A DNA stretch of 64,000 bases, taken from Mobula hypostoma. Lineage: Eukaryota. Each line of letters opens with the position of its first letter. The stretch's first letter is position 1. The stretch spans positions 163,868,001 through 163,932,000 of the forward strand of contig NC_086097.1 in the NCBI RefSeq assembly GCF_963921235.1, given 5' to 3'. A model generated the notes under the pieces. That model had not been told where the DNA came from, made no database searches, and worked only from the letters and a program-made list of their open reading frames with translations. Both the position numbers and the translations under genes were made by a program. Positions 1-12,085 of this stretch are shown here, piece after piece.

Positions 1-705
1 CTGCTCTGCACCTGACTGCAAGAAGCTGCAGGGAGTTGTGGACACAGTTCAGCACATCACAGAAACCAGCAGCCCTCTATGGACTCTGACTATACTTCTC
101 GTTACCTCAGTAAAGCAGCCAGCTTGATCAAAGGCCCCACCCAGCCCAAAAATTCTCTATTCTCTTCACTCCCATCAGCCAGAAAAAGAGAACATGAAAG
201 CATGTACCTTCAGGCTCAGGGACAACTTTTATCCCACTGTTCTCAGATTCTTGAATGGATCTTTTGTATGATAAGGTAGACTCTTGACCTCACAATCTGC
301 CTCATTATGTGGAACGAGCTTCCAGCAGAAGTGGTTGAGGCAGGTTCTATGTTGTCGTTTAAAGTTAAATTGGATAGGTATATGGACAGGAAAGGAATGG
401 AAGTTTATGGGCTGAGTGCAGGTTGGTGAGAATAGGATAGGGTAAGAGTTCAGCGCGGACTAGAAGGGCCGAGATGGCCTGTTTCTGTGCTGTAATTGTT
501 ATATGATTATATATATATTATAATCTTGCACTTTATTGTTTACCTGCATTGCACTTTTTCGGTAGCTTTAACTCTGCTCTGCATTGTTATTGTATTATCT
601 TACTCAAGCACAATGCACTGTGCAATGATGTGATCTGTATAAACAATATGTGAGACCAACGTTTCTCTGTATCTTGGTACATGAGCTATTAGCAAACCAA
701 TATCA
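1..705 (+). mobile_element. Rex/Babar-type LINE 3' fragment interrupted by a CR1 3' end (about 308-520)
   Basis: CKKLQGVVDTVQHIT-type coding remnant; the insert begins GTGGAACGAGCTTCCAGCAGAAGTGG (WNELP) and ends in a TA-rich tail. Confidence 0.65.
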
Positions 706-715
706 CAGTTTATCA

Positions 716-1035
716 TGCAGCACAGTGGCATAGTAGTCCGTGCATTGCTTTTTGTGATCAGAGATCGGAATTCGATTCTTGCTGCAGTCTGTAAGGAGTT
801 TGTACATTCTCCCCATGACCACTTGGGTTTGTCTTGGGTGTTCAATTTCCTCTCACCTCCACTATTCCAAAGACGTACGGTAAGTGTTAGTGTGTTATGG
901 GCGTGCTATGTTGGAGCCAAACTGTGGTGATACTTGCGAGCTGCCCAGCTGATTTGATTTTACGCAAATGACACGTTTCACTGTATCTTTCAATGTTTCA
1001 ACGTACATGTGATAAATAAAGGTTATCTTTATCTC
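716..1035 (+). mobile_element. V-SINE-like element
   Basis: tRNA-like head plus GGAGTTTGTACATTCTCCCCATGACC...GGGTTT V-domain-like core. Confidence 0.6.
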
Positions 1036-3316
1036 TCTTGAATATTAATATCAAATGCTCACATTTACTTACCCTATCTATATCCCTCATAATTTTGTAT
1101 ACTCTGCAAGATCTCCCCTCATTCACTTAAGCTCCAGGGAAATAGTTTTTTTCTCTTATTGACAATTTGTGTTGTTATTACTTTCACAAAATACCTGAGG
1201 GAATTTTTTATGGATAAGGTATTAAGAGTGTGGCTTTTGTACTAGGATTGGCCTGGTAGCCATCTGACCTGACCACTAGGGCAGACAAAGGTCTTCTTTA
1301 CTGTTTCCAAATGTCTCTTGGGATCAGAGACACCTAAAAAGAAAGGAAAAATATAGAGTATTAACAACCATATAAAGTATTTAAAAATTGATAAGAAGCC
1401 CTCAGTCACTGGTGCTACATAATTGAAGGGATTGTAGCAGTCACCAAAAACCCATCGTCATTTGTTTTATACTTCAGAAAGAATTGCATGTCAAAGACCT
1501 TGACTGGTTTATTCTGGAGTATTATCTTTGAAATGTCAAATCATCCCCTTTCACACAGACAGTCTGCAGATCAGGCAGTGAAACTCTTGAGTAGCTTAAA
1601 ATAATTCATGTATGGCTCTCAACCTACTGACATTGATCCCAGTCGCTGCAGGAGAAATAGCCCAATAGCCGCACAGTGATGGTTCTAAGTTGGGTTGGGA
1701 AAAATACATTAAATTTTATACATCTCACTTTTTGTTTTATTTTGAGCCTTCCATATGAGGAATAATTAAGTGGTTGGCTGGTTACACAAGTGCCCTTGTG
1801 AGTGTGAAATATAGCTCATCACTCCTGTACATCGACGACAGAGAGGACTGAATTTCTCCCTCAGGGGCAGTTACACTGTGGGTATGTGGACTATTTCAAA
1901 GCAGCAGAGCAAATTGAAATTTTCAGTTTAAAGTTTACAAAAATGTTAGTGTTTGGATGACAGATGCAGAATATTTTGCAGTTTTCTGGTGAGTGAGACA
2001 TTTCAAGGCTTCCCTTGTAAAGTAAGTAATGTTCTTTCCAGCTCTGTGTTTGTGGATAGTGTCTCCTTGCTCCTTTGCTAGTTATGTTGATATTTCCACT
2101 GCCCAGTTTGGAATGGAAACATAAAAAGCATTTAAATCATGGATTTGATTCCTACCGTGTATAGCAATCCTGTCCAAAAATTCCCTTTGGGTTATATACT
2201 TGGAAAGATGTAGAATTACTGGACAATTGGCTCTTTAAACCTTAAGACTGTGTCTATGCCTCATTGCTAATCCATATATCTTCTCATTACTTTGACGTTC
2301 AAAAATCTGTCTGGCATAGCTTTGAATATACACTGTGACTGAGAATCTGTGGCCATGTGGAGTAGAAAAGTTCAAGGTGTCACATACCTCTTGGTTAGAA
2401 GATGTTTCTTCATCTCTGGTGTCATGAGGTTGTATCCCAAGATCCAGATTCTCCTTTAATGGAAACAGACTCTTAATGAATGCACTGCAATATTTTCTCA
2501 GAACCCTGTATCTTAAAGTTATTGCTATTCTTTCAAATTACAGTGTGAAGGTGCGCACAGAAATGGCCAGTTTTCACCACAAACTCTGTACTTTAACTGC
2601 TCTCTCACAGTGCCTACATATGCTAAAATGCTTCACAATGAAGTGCTTTTGGCATAATTAGTAAATAATAATTAGTTTATTACTCTACGTGTGTCCCAAG
2701 ATACAGAGTAAAGCTTTGTTTTCACACGCCAAAGAGACAGATCATTCCAAACTTAAGCGCAAAAATGTAAAGCAATAACAGAATGCAGAATATCATGTTA
2801 CAGCCTCAGAGGAACTGCAGTGCAGGAGGACAAATAAGGTGCAAGGCCAATAACAAGGTAGATTGGGAGGTCAAGAGTTCATCTTTATTGTCCAAGAGCC
2901 TTAGAGGAGTGGGATAGAAGCTGTCCTTGAATCTGCATGTGTTTTCAGCTTTTGGATTTTTCGCCCAACAGGAGGGAGGAGAAGAGAAGGGCTCCTTGAT
3001 ACTTTCCTGAGACAGAATGAAGTGTAGACAGATCAGTGATTTCTGTGTTGTGATTTAATGCAGCCAAATTGCACGCAGCAAGCCTCCACAAACAGCAATC
3101 TGGTAATAATGACCTGACCCGGATGCAATCCTGATCTTGGGTGCTGCCTGTGTGGACCATTTTCTCTCTGTCACTGAGTTAGATTCTTCAGGTGCTCCAG
3201 TTTCCTCTTGCATCCTAAAATAAGTAGGTTGGTTAATTGACCATTATCAATTACCTTTAGTGAGTGGTTGGCTAGTAGGATTTGGGTGGAGTGGATGAGA
3301 ATGTGGACAGAATAAA

Positions 3317-4056
3317 GACCATAAGATATAGGAGTAGAATTGGGCTATTTGGCCCATTGAGTCTACATGCCATTTCACCGTGGCCGATCCAATTTCCCTC
3401 TTAGCCCCCGTCTCCTGCCTTCTACCTGTATCCCTTCATGCCCTGTCCAATCAAGAATCTATCAACTTCTCCCTTAAATATACATAAAGACTTGGCCTCC
3501 AGAGCTTCCTGTGGCAAAGAATTCCACAGACTCACCACTGTCTGGCTAAAGAAATTCCTCCTCATCTCCATTCTAAAAGGACACCCCTGTATTCTGAGGC
3601 TATGTCCTCTGGTCTTAGACTCTCCCACCACAGGAAACATCCTCTCCACGTCCACGCTATCAAGGCCTTTCCCTATTCGATAGGTTTCAAGTAGGTCACC
3701 CATCATTTTTCTGAACTCTAGTGAATGCAGGCCATCAAATGCTCTTCACTTGACAAGCCACTCAATCCTGGAATCATTTTCGTGAACCTCCTTTGAACCT
3801 TCTCCAATTTCACCACATCCTTTCTAAGCTAAGGGCCCAAAAGTACTCACAATACTCCAAGTGAGTACAGTATTCACCAGTGGTTTATAAATTCTCATCA
3901 TTATATGCATGCTTTTACATTCCAGTCCTCTTGAAATGATTGCTAACGTCGCATTTGCCTTCCTCAACAGAGACTCAACCTGCAAATTAACCTTTAAGGA
4001 ATCCTGCACAAGGAGTCCCAAGTCCCGTTGTGCCTCAGTTTTTTGTATTTTCTTTC
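3317..4056 (-). mobile_element. CR1 LINE 3' fragment
   Basis: GDLLETYRIGKGLDSVDVERMFP...TRGHSLRI...RRNFFSQTVVSLWNSLPQ is the CR1 ORF2 C-terminus. Confidence 0.85.
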
Positions 4057-4727
4057 CATAAACTAGGATTTAGGTAGATTTAGTGTAAATAGGTGTTTGA
4101 TATTTGGCTCATATGCAGTGGGTTGGTAGGTCTTTTGCTGTGCTGTCTGATTTTATAACATTGTGAAAGTGGCTGGTTACAACAGCTAAATGCAGCCAAT
4201 GTACCAGAATCTTATCTGTGGCTGCGTTCACTCAGCCAGTGCTGATTGAGAAACCTCTAGCCCAGTTTGTTTTGACAAAAGAAAAGAGACAAGATAAAGG
4301 AATAAGAGTTGTTCATGTGTCTTGTTTAACAGTGAATGGATAAATAATTAAATCTTCTGGATTAACTATTCAGAATAAGAATTGCATCTAACTGTGTGAA
4401 AAACTAAACTTCCCATAGCCTTAGTCCTTTCCATTTCCGTTATCTTTTCCACTTCTATAAAAGCTCTGTCCTTCCAATTCTACCTCTTAAATGTTACAAG
4501 TTTTATCACACATTGACATCTTCAGCTGATGAGCCCTAGGCTCTGGAATTTTCTCTGTTAATACCTCCTCTGTCCTCATTCTCCTTTACAACCTCCTCTT
4601 TGAGCTTTAGGTCCTTGTATGTCTGGGTGTCTAATAAAACGCATAGAAAGAAACTAGATTGTTGCTATATAAATACAGTTTGTTGTAGGACAGTGTTACC
4701 AAAGAAGAATGTTGAAATATTGGGGTA

Positions 4728-5307
4728 TGAAACCGCACTGGTTTCCTTGGCTGCGTACACCAAGGGAATACACACTCCGGTCCTACCAAACCCATGAGAT
4801 TGAGACGGCTCTCCCACCCCAAACTCTGGATTGTGTGGATGCTGTGTCATTTGCTATCCTGCTACAACTCAGTGCCAAGAAATGACAGACAACACACTGT
4901 ACATGACTAAAGGAATTGTATTTATGAATCTTAACTAAAGGGCTGGTAAAGAGAAGAACAAAAAAAACAAAAAGGGCTCATTATAATTGAACAGTCATAT
5001 ATGCACAAGTTGAAGCTCCACTCTTCCCAAAATTCATTTTCAATGATCCTCAGTCAATCTCGGCGCCTGGCTCCATCGAATCAGGTCGAATCCTATGACC
5101 AGTTCTCCCCAGCGTCTTCTCTCTTCATCTCCCACCAAATGGAAAAAGACGAAGACCAACCTTCCTATTGGATGACAGATATTCCTCAGCATCCCTTATC
5201 TTCAACAATAACCTAAACAGGCTGAAAGCAGAACAGACTGCTCCTACAGAACTGCTAAAATGAAATACCTACAGCATAGCAGTAAAAATGTGAACCAGGG
5301 TGTTACA
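4728..5307. mobile_element. Possible solo LTR
   Basis: TG...CA ends with imperfect terminal inverted match (TGAAACCGCACTGGTT / AACCAGGGTGTTACA); flanks GGTA/GATA. Confidence 0.4.
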
Positions 5308-6811
5308 GATATAAAACACATAATTTATGGAACTTACAAAATGAAACTTTAGTTATATGGATCTAACAATGGTCTTCAGAATGCTGTAATAAAAAAGAAA
5401 CTGTCAAGGGTTTTTTTTATAATGTATACAGTAGGGGAAGGTTATTTTTGATAGTTAATTAGATAATCTAAGATAGTTAACAATAGGCAGAGAAGGCTAG
5501 CGGTGATTCAGACAAGAAAGAACAGTGCTACTTAAAGCTGAAGAGTTCGATATTGATTCCTGAACGCTGTGGCATGCCAAGGAAGAAGATGAGATTCTGT
5601 TTCTCAAGTATCTGTTGGGCCTCGTTGTACAGTGCAGGAGACCACTGACAGAAAGACAGAATGGTGAATTAAAGAAACAGGGTCATGGAGCCCTGGGCTA
5701 CAGCTCTGTGGTGTCCGTTAGGTGTAAATCTTGCAGAGGAGAACAAAGGGAAGATACCTTTCTCAGAGGTGACCTTATGGACTTTCAAGTCCTTCAGAGA
5801 GTGACGAGGGATCTTGCATTTAGTGTCTCATTCCAACACATTATAAGATTATGATCAATGGTAATATTACCACCCACAGCCCCTAAAATGCCAGAATAAT
5901 TATTTTTTATCTTCTCTCAGTGCTGATTCAACATGTTTGTAAGGATGTAGCTGTGGAACTGCATTAGCCTGGACATGAAGTTTACACAGCCCAGACATCA
6001 GCCTTCATTTGTCAACCAGGCGAGTCTAAATGGCTTGCTATTTTAACAATTACCATTCACCTGCTGTTCCACAGAACTGATCATAGCCCCAAGTAGACCT
6101 TCTCATCAAAAAGTCAGTCATAGGATTAGATAACCAAAGCTATACTTATAGTGCTGCTGTGGGTTGTTTTCTTGGAAGTTAATATTCTGTATAATGACTG
6201 AAGCAAAATATAGAGAGCTTAAACACATAGATTGCGGTAATATATTTTGGTCTAAAAACTAGCAGCACAAATCATGTCAGCGGGTGACAATGAGGAAATG
6301 TTGGTTTTGTATTTTCCTTGTCACAGAACATTAAGCTTCCTTTGCCTGAGGCAGCTCAAGGCATCTGCTGTACTGGACTAGTTTGAGAATGAGACCTTAG
6401 GATATTAGACTCAAGCAATTGTCTCCACTTTTTTTTTAACTCTGCAGTGCTCAATAAATTGTGGCACACTTTTGTCTAGACTCTCAGACATATGAAGAGA
6501 TACTCTGCTTGAACTATTCTCCTCATTCCTGCCATTATGTTCAAAGTCAGCAGTCTGAGCTTTGGACGAATGATGCATCATCACAGCTCCAGCAGCACAC
6601 AATAGGGGCTTTTGGCTAAGAACAAGACAGGTGAGAGAGAGAGCTTCCATTACCTCATTTTCCAATCAAATATTTCAAAGTTCTAAATACATTTATTATC
6701 AAAGTACTTATAAGCTCCTTTCATCTCTTTCCTGCAGCCTTGCCTGTTTGAAGCTTTATTTTTCCGGATGGGCTTTGGAATCACAGCTGTAACACAGCTA
6801 TTATTGAAATG

Positions 6812-7179
6812 AATTTATTTAATTCTTACATTCGTCCCACAACGTGAGGGAGTAAAAATCTTTGCATTATGACTCCATTGCAATGTACAGACATGTGAAT
6901 TTATAAGTCCAATGGCTTGCTGAAAGAAGCTGTCCCATAGCCTGTTAGTCCTGGCTTTAATGCTGTGGTACCATTTGCCAGACAGAAGCAGCTGAAGCAG
7001 TTTATGGTTAGGGTGAATGGTGTCCCCAGTGATCTTCCAGACCTCCTTTCTGCACTTGCTGCTATAAATGACCTCAATGGAGGGAAGTTCACATCCACAG
7101 ATGCTCTGGGCTGACCGTACCACTCTCTGCAGTGCCCAGCGATCAAAGTTGCTGCAGTCTCCATACCAGGCGGTGATAC
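6812..7179 (-). mobile_element. Rex1/Babar-type LINE fragment, 3' part (interrupted by the Gypsy element)
   Basis: ITAWYGDCSNFDRWALQRVVRSAQSICGCELPSIE...HPNHKLLQLLLSGKWYHSIKARTNRLWDSFFQQAI is a typical Rex/Babar RT C-terminus. Confidence 0.8.
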
Positions 7180-7465
7180 TGTAGTGGTGTGCTACACACA
7201 GCACTAAAATAACCACACGTAGTCGGTGAGTTGGAGTTGCAATGAAAGAGATTTATTCAAACTTCGCGGCCTGCTTTAAAGCCTTCCCGTTCCGGCCCTC
7301 CCTGGGCAGGACTGCTGTGGGGAATGCATATTCGCAGATCCTTTCCGTGCGCGGAATTTTCCCCCTGCTGGTGAAGATGGCCTGGTGCCCCTTTGGGGCC
7401 GGCCCTCTGCCTGCGCGCGCTGTTTCGTGAGCCGGTTCTTGTGTGCTAGAAAGTGGGTCGCCAGA
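7180..7465 (-). repeat. 3' LTR (286 bp)
   Basis: TGTAGTGGTGTGCTACACACAG...GTGGGTCGCCAGA matches 11483-11739; adjacent C-run is the PPT on the minus strand. Confidence 0.92.
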
Positions 7466-7484
7466 TAACCCCCCCCCCACCCCC
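7466..7484 (-). promoter_or_regulatory. Polypurine tract (PPT)
   Basis: G-rich run followed by TTA on the minus strand, immediately before the 3' LTR. Confidence 0.85.
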
Positions 7485-7589
7485 AGAACCGGCGATACCT
7501 CCCCCAATGTCCACAGTCTGGATCGGCCTCTGTTTGGGAGGTCTGCCCCTGCGCCGTGGTGCCTGAGCCTGGACCGGCTGCGCCAAGTC

Positions 7590-10500
7590 CACATGGGCCG
7601 GTTTGAGTCAGTCCACCGTGAAAACCTCCTCTCTCCCCCCACTGTCCAGCACAAACGTGGACCTGTTGTTCCTGATCACCTTAAACGGCCCCTTGTAGGG
7701 CAGCTGTAGCGGTGCCCGGTGTCCACCCCGTCATATAAAAAGAAACTTAGAGTTCTGCAGGTCTTTGGGTACGCAGGTCAGGCTCTGTACATGCTATGAA
7801 GTGGGGATGGGGGCCAGGTTACCGAGCCTCTCCCGTAGTCTGTCCAGGACTGCTGCGGGTTCTTCCTCTTGCCCCCTTGGGGCTGGTATGAACTCTCCTG
7901 GGACTACCAGGGGTGCGCTGTACACCAACTCGGCCGACGAGGTGTGCAGATCCTCCTTGTGTGCCATGCGGATTCCGAGCAGGACCCAGGGAAGTTTGTC
8001 CACCCAGTTAGGCCCCTCCAGGCAGGCCGTGAGAGCCGGCTTCAGGTGACGGTGAAAACGCGCCACTAGTCCATTCAGCTGTGGGTGGTAGGCAGTTGTG
8101 TGGTGTAGCTGTGATCTTAAAAGGCTGGCCATAGCTGACCACAGGCTGGAGGTGAACTGGGCGCCCCTGTCGGAGGTAATGTGGGCTGGTACCCCAAAGC
8201 GTGCTACCCAGGTTGCGATCAGTGCTCGGGCGCAGGATTCGGAGGTGGTGTCGATGAGTGGGACTGCCTCTGGCCATCTGGTGAACCGGTCTATCATAGT
8301 TGGGTACCACGCTCCTCGTGACACTGGCAGGGGCCCCACGATACCCACATGAATGTGGTCGAACCTCCGGCGGGTGGGTTCGAACCGCTGCGGCGGAGCC
8401 TTGGTATGCCGCTGCACCTTGGCCGTTTGGCACTGCATGCACGTTTTGGCCCATTCACTGACCTGCTTACGAAGTCCATGCCACACAAACCTGTTGGCGA
8501 ACAGCCGGACGGTTGTCCTGATGGAGGGGTGTGCTAAGTTGTGAATGGATTCGAAAACCCGCCGGTGCCAGGCTGCTGGGACGACGGGGCGGGGTTGGCC
8601 AGTAGCTACGTCACATAGTAGGGTCCTCTCACCTGGGCCTACGGGGAGGTCTTAGAGCTGCAAATCGGAGACTGCAGTCCTGTAACTGGGGATCTCATCG
8701 TCTGCCTGCTGTGCCTTTGCCAGCGCTGCATAGTCCACCCCCGGGACAGGGCCTGTATGGTAGGTCTGGATAGTGCGTCCGCCAAGATGTTGTCCTTTCC
8801 TGAGACATGCCAGATGTCCGTCGTGTACTCGGAGATGTAGGACGGATGTTGCTGCTGGCGGGACGACCAGGGGTCGGACACCTTTGTGAACGCAAAGGTA
8901 AGCGGTTTGTGGTCTGTGAACGCGGTGAAGGGCCTACCTTCTAAGAAGTACCTGAAATGCTGGATTGCCAGGTATAGTGCCAATAGCTCCCGGTCGAAAG
9001 CACTGTATTTGAGTTCAGGTGGTGGTAGGTGTTTGCTGAAGAACGCCAGGGGTTGCCAGCGACCCTCGATGAGTTGTTCCAGCACTCCACCGACTGCTGT
9101 GTTGGATGTGTCCACCATGAGGGCAGTAAGAATGTCTATTCTGGGGTGCACTAGCATCGCGGCGTTTGCTAAGACTTCTTTGGTTTTAACGAAAGCGGCT
9201 GCGGCCTCTTCGTCCCAGGTAATGTCCTTGTCCTTACCCGACATTAGAGTGAACGAGGGGCGCATGGTTCGGGCTGCTGAGGGGAGGAAACGGTGGTACA
9301 AATTCACCATACCCATGAATTCCTGTAGGCCTTTGATTGTGTTGGGTCGGGGGAAGTGGCGGACCGCTTCTACCTTGGCGGGCAGCGGGGTTGCCCCATC
9401 TTTAGTAATCCTGTGGCCCAGGAAGTCGATGGTGTCGAGTTCGAACTGGCATTTGGCTGGGTTGACTGTAAGGCTGAATTCGCTGACGCGGGAGTGGAGC
9501 TGGCGGAGGTGGGACAGATGCTCCTGCCGACTACTGCTGGCTATGAGGATGTCGTCCAAATAGATGAATGCAAAGTCCAGGTCGCGTCCCACCGCGTCCA
9601 TTAGCTACTGGAACGTCTGTGCAGCATTTTTTAGACCGAACGGCATTCGAAGGAATTTGAAAAGTCCGATCGGAGTGATGAGTGCTGTTTTGGGGATGTC
9701 GTCCGGATGTACCGGGATTTGATGGTATCCCCGGACAAGGTCTACCTTGGAAAAGATCCTTGAGCCGTGTAGGTTTGCTGCGAAGTCTTGAATGTGCGGC
9801 ACAGGGTAGCAGTCTGGCGTTGTGGCCTTGTTCATTCTGCGGTAGTCACCGCATGGTCTCCAGCCCCCTTGGGCACCATGTGAAGGGGGGAGGCCCATGG
9901 GCTGTCAGACCGTCGTATGATCCCCAATTCCTCCACCTTCTTAAAATCCTCCTTCACCAGTCGGAACTTGTCCGGGGGAAGCCTTCGAGCACGGGAGTTG
10001 AGGGATGGTCCCTGGGTCGGGATGTGGTGCTGTACTCCGTGTCTGGGCATGGCTGCCGTGAACTGCGGTGTCAGTACTGATGGGAAATCTGTCAGGACCC
10101 TGGTGAATTCATCGTCGGACAGCATGATGGAGTCCAGGCGTGGGGCTGGCAACTGTGCTTCACCCAGGGAGAGCGTTTGAAAAGTCTTGGCGTGGACTAA
10201 TTGCTTCCTTTGCAGACAACAGGAATTCTGCAGATGCTGGAAATTCAAGCAACACACATCAAAGTTGCTGGTGAATGCAGCAGGCCAAGCAGCATCTGTA
10301 GGAAGAGGTGCAGTCGACGTTTCAGACCGAGACCCTGACGAAGGGTCTCGGCCTGAAACGTCGACTGCACCTCTTCCTACAGATGCTGCTTGGCCTGCTG
10401 CGTTCACCAGCAACTTTGATGTGTGTTGCTTCCCTTGCAGGTCGACCAGCAGGCTGTGGGCTCGTAGAAAACCCGCCCCCAGGAGTGGTTGGGCCACGGC

Positions 10501-10765
10501 GGCCAGTGTGAAGTCCCACGTGAACCGGCTGGAGCTGAACTGTAGCCGCACTGTGCGGGTGCCGTAGGTTCCTATTGTGCTGCCATTTGCGGCCCTCAGG
10601 GTGGGTCCCGGTTCTCTGTTGCAGGTGTCGTAACTCGTTGGAGGTAAGACGCTGATCTCCACTCTGGTGTTGGCCAAAAAGCAGCGTCCCGACTACTTGT
10701 CCCAGGAGGCTGTTCTGATGGCCAGCCGCCGTAGCTATCAGTGGCGGCTGGCCCTGGTGTTTCCC
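7590..10765 (-). pseudogene. Gypsy pol (protease, RT, RNase H, integrase), disrupted
   Basis: FLANTRVEISVLP (protease, catalytic D>N); WRPCGDYR, FSKVDLVRGYHQIP, MPFGLKNA, YLDD (RT); DRELLA, FTDHKPL, ADALSR (RNase H); CMQC, ITSDRGAQF, YHPQLNGLVARFHR, PYKGPF (integrase). Several stops and frameshifts. Confidence 0.93.
10216..10425. mobile_element. Palindromic Penelope-like mini-element with hammerhead core, nested in Gypsy pol
   Basis: 90-bp inverted arms (10247-10336 / 10342-10431, 2 mismatches); 15-bp TSD TTGCTTCCYTTGCAG at 10201-10215 and 10426-10440. Confidence 0.88.
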
Positions 10766-11442
10766 GGGAATTTGCAGGGTGGTCTGCAGCGGCGGGCCTC
10801 TGTGCCCCACCGCTGGTGGTAGAACCATCATTGTTCATTGGGCTCCTCACTCCCGCCACCAGGTTTTGTAGGTTCTGCTGTCGGGCCTGGTCTGGTCTGT
10901 TGTTGGGCACGCGGCTTGGTGATCTGTGCGACGGATGCCCCTCTCTCTTTCCTGGCATTCCACAGCGCATCTGCCCGGGCTGCCACCTCGCAGGGGTTGC
11001 TGAAATCTGCGTCAGACAGCAGCAGGCGTATGTCCTCGGGCAGTTGCTCTAGGAACGCCTGCTCAAGCATGAGGCAGGGTTTGTGTCCTTCAGCCAGGGC
11101 CAGCATCTCCTTCATTAATGCTGACGGCGGCCTGTCTCCCAAACCATCCAGGTGCATTAAGCGGCATGCTCGTTCGCGCCGTGAGAGTCCGAAAGTCCTT
11201 ATGAGCAGGGCTTTGAATGCTGTGTATTTGCCGTCCTCCGGGGGCGACTCTATAAACTCCTCAACTTGTGCAGCTGTCTCCTGGTCGAGGGAGCTCAGCA
11301 CATAGTAGTAATGAGTGGACTCCGAGGTTATCTGCCAAATGTGGAATTGTGCTTCTGCTTGTTCGAACCACAGACGGGGTCGCAGCGGCCAAAAGCTTGG
11401 CAGTTTTAACGAAACTGTGTGAACAGATGCGGCGTCGGTCAT
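10738..11442 (-). pseudogene. Gypsy gag with premature stop
   Basis: MTDAASVHTVSLKLPSFWPLRPRLWFEQAEAQF... Gag-type N-terminus; TGA at 10828-10830, then WFYHQRWGTEARRCRPPC (degenerate CX2HX9CX3C). Confidence 0.85.
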
Positions 11443-11466
11443 CTCTCGTCCAAATATCATTTGGGC

Positions 11467-11480
11467 CGTCGGGGTCACCA
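11467..11480 (-). promoter_or_regulatory. Primer binding site complementary to the tRNA-Trp 3' end
   Basis: Minus strand TGGTGACCCCGACG begins 2 nt after the 5' LTR; complementary to CGUCGGGGUCACCA, the 3' end of vertebrate tRNA-Trp. Confidence 0.88.
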
Positions 11481-11482
11481 GT

Positions 11483-11739
11483 TGTAGCGGTGTGCTACAC
11501 ACAGTGCTAAAATAACCACATGTAGTCGGTGAGTTGAAGTTGCGATGAAAGAGATTTATTCAAACTTTGCGGCCTGCTTTAAAGCCTTCCCGTTCCCGCT
11601 CTCCCTGGGTGAGACTGCTGTGGGGAATGCATATTCCCAGACCCTTTCCATGCGCGGGATTTTCCCCCTGCTGGTGAAGATGGCCTGGCGCTTATTGGGG
11701 CCAGCTCTCTGCCTGCGTGCTAGAAAGTGGGTCGCCATA
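11483..11739 (-). repeat. 5' LTR (257 bp)
   Basis: Direct repeat of 7180-7465, lacking a 28-bp block; roughly 9% substitutions by manual count, many at CpG sites. Confidence 0.92.
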
Positions 11740-12085
11740 ATACAACCAATCAGGATGCTCTCAATGGTGCCCCTGTGGAAAGTCTTAAGGATCTGGGGGC
11801 TCATGCTGAATTTCTTCAGTCACCTGAGGCAGAAGAGATGCTGTCGTGCTTTTTTTTTGCCTCGCAGCTGGTGTGTACAGTCCAGGTGAGATCTTAGGTG
11901 ATATGTATACTGAGAAATGTGAAACTACTCACCCTCTGAACCTCAGTTCCATTGATGATGATCGAGGTGAATCTGTCTCCATTCCTCCTGTAATTCACGA
12001 TCAGCTCGTTTGTTTTTTTGACATTGAGGGAGAGGTTGTTATCTTGGCACCACTGTGTCAGGGTTTCATCCTCTCCTCTCATATT
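11740..12085 (-). mobile_element. Rex1/Babar-type LINE fragment, 5' part
   Basis: LTQWCQDNNLSLNVKKTNELIVNYR...VSSFTFLSIHIT and ILKTFHRGTIESILIGCI; joins ITAWYG across the Gypsy insertion point. Confidence 0.8.

Larger units (their letters stand above)
7180..11739 (-). mobile_element. Full-length, decayed Ty3/Gypsy LTR retrotransposon (CsRn1/Kabuki/Boudicca-like)
   Basis: Two direct LTRs, ATAC target-site duplication (7176-7179 and 11740-11743), PBS, PPT, and gag-PR-RT-RH-IN domain order; visibly more GC-rich than the flanks. Confidence 0.95.

Noticed and set aside
7242..11889. Many plus-strand ORFs over the Gypsy element, including the duplicated MKEIYSNF ORFs
   Set aside because: Antisense shadows of GC-rich gag/pol and LTR duplicates; no independent protein features.
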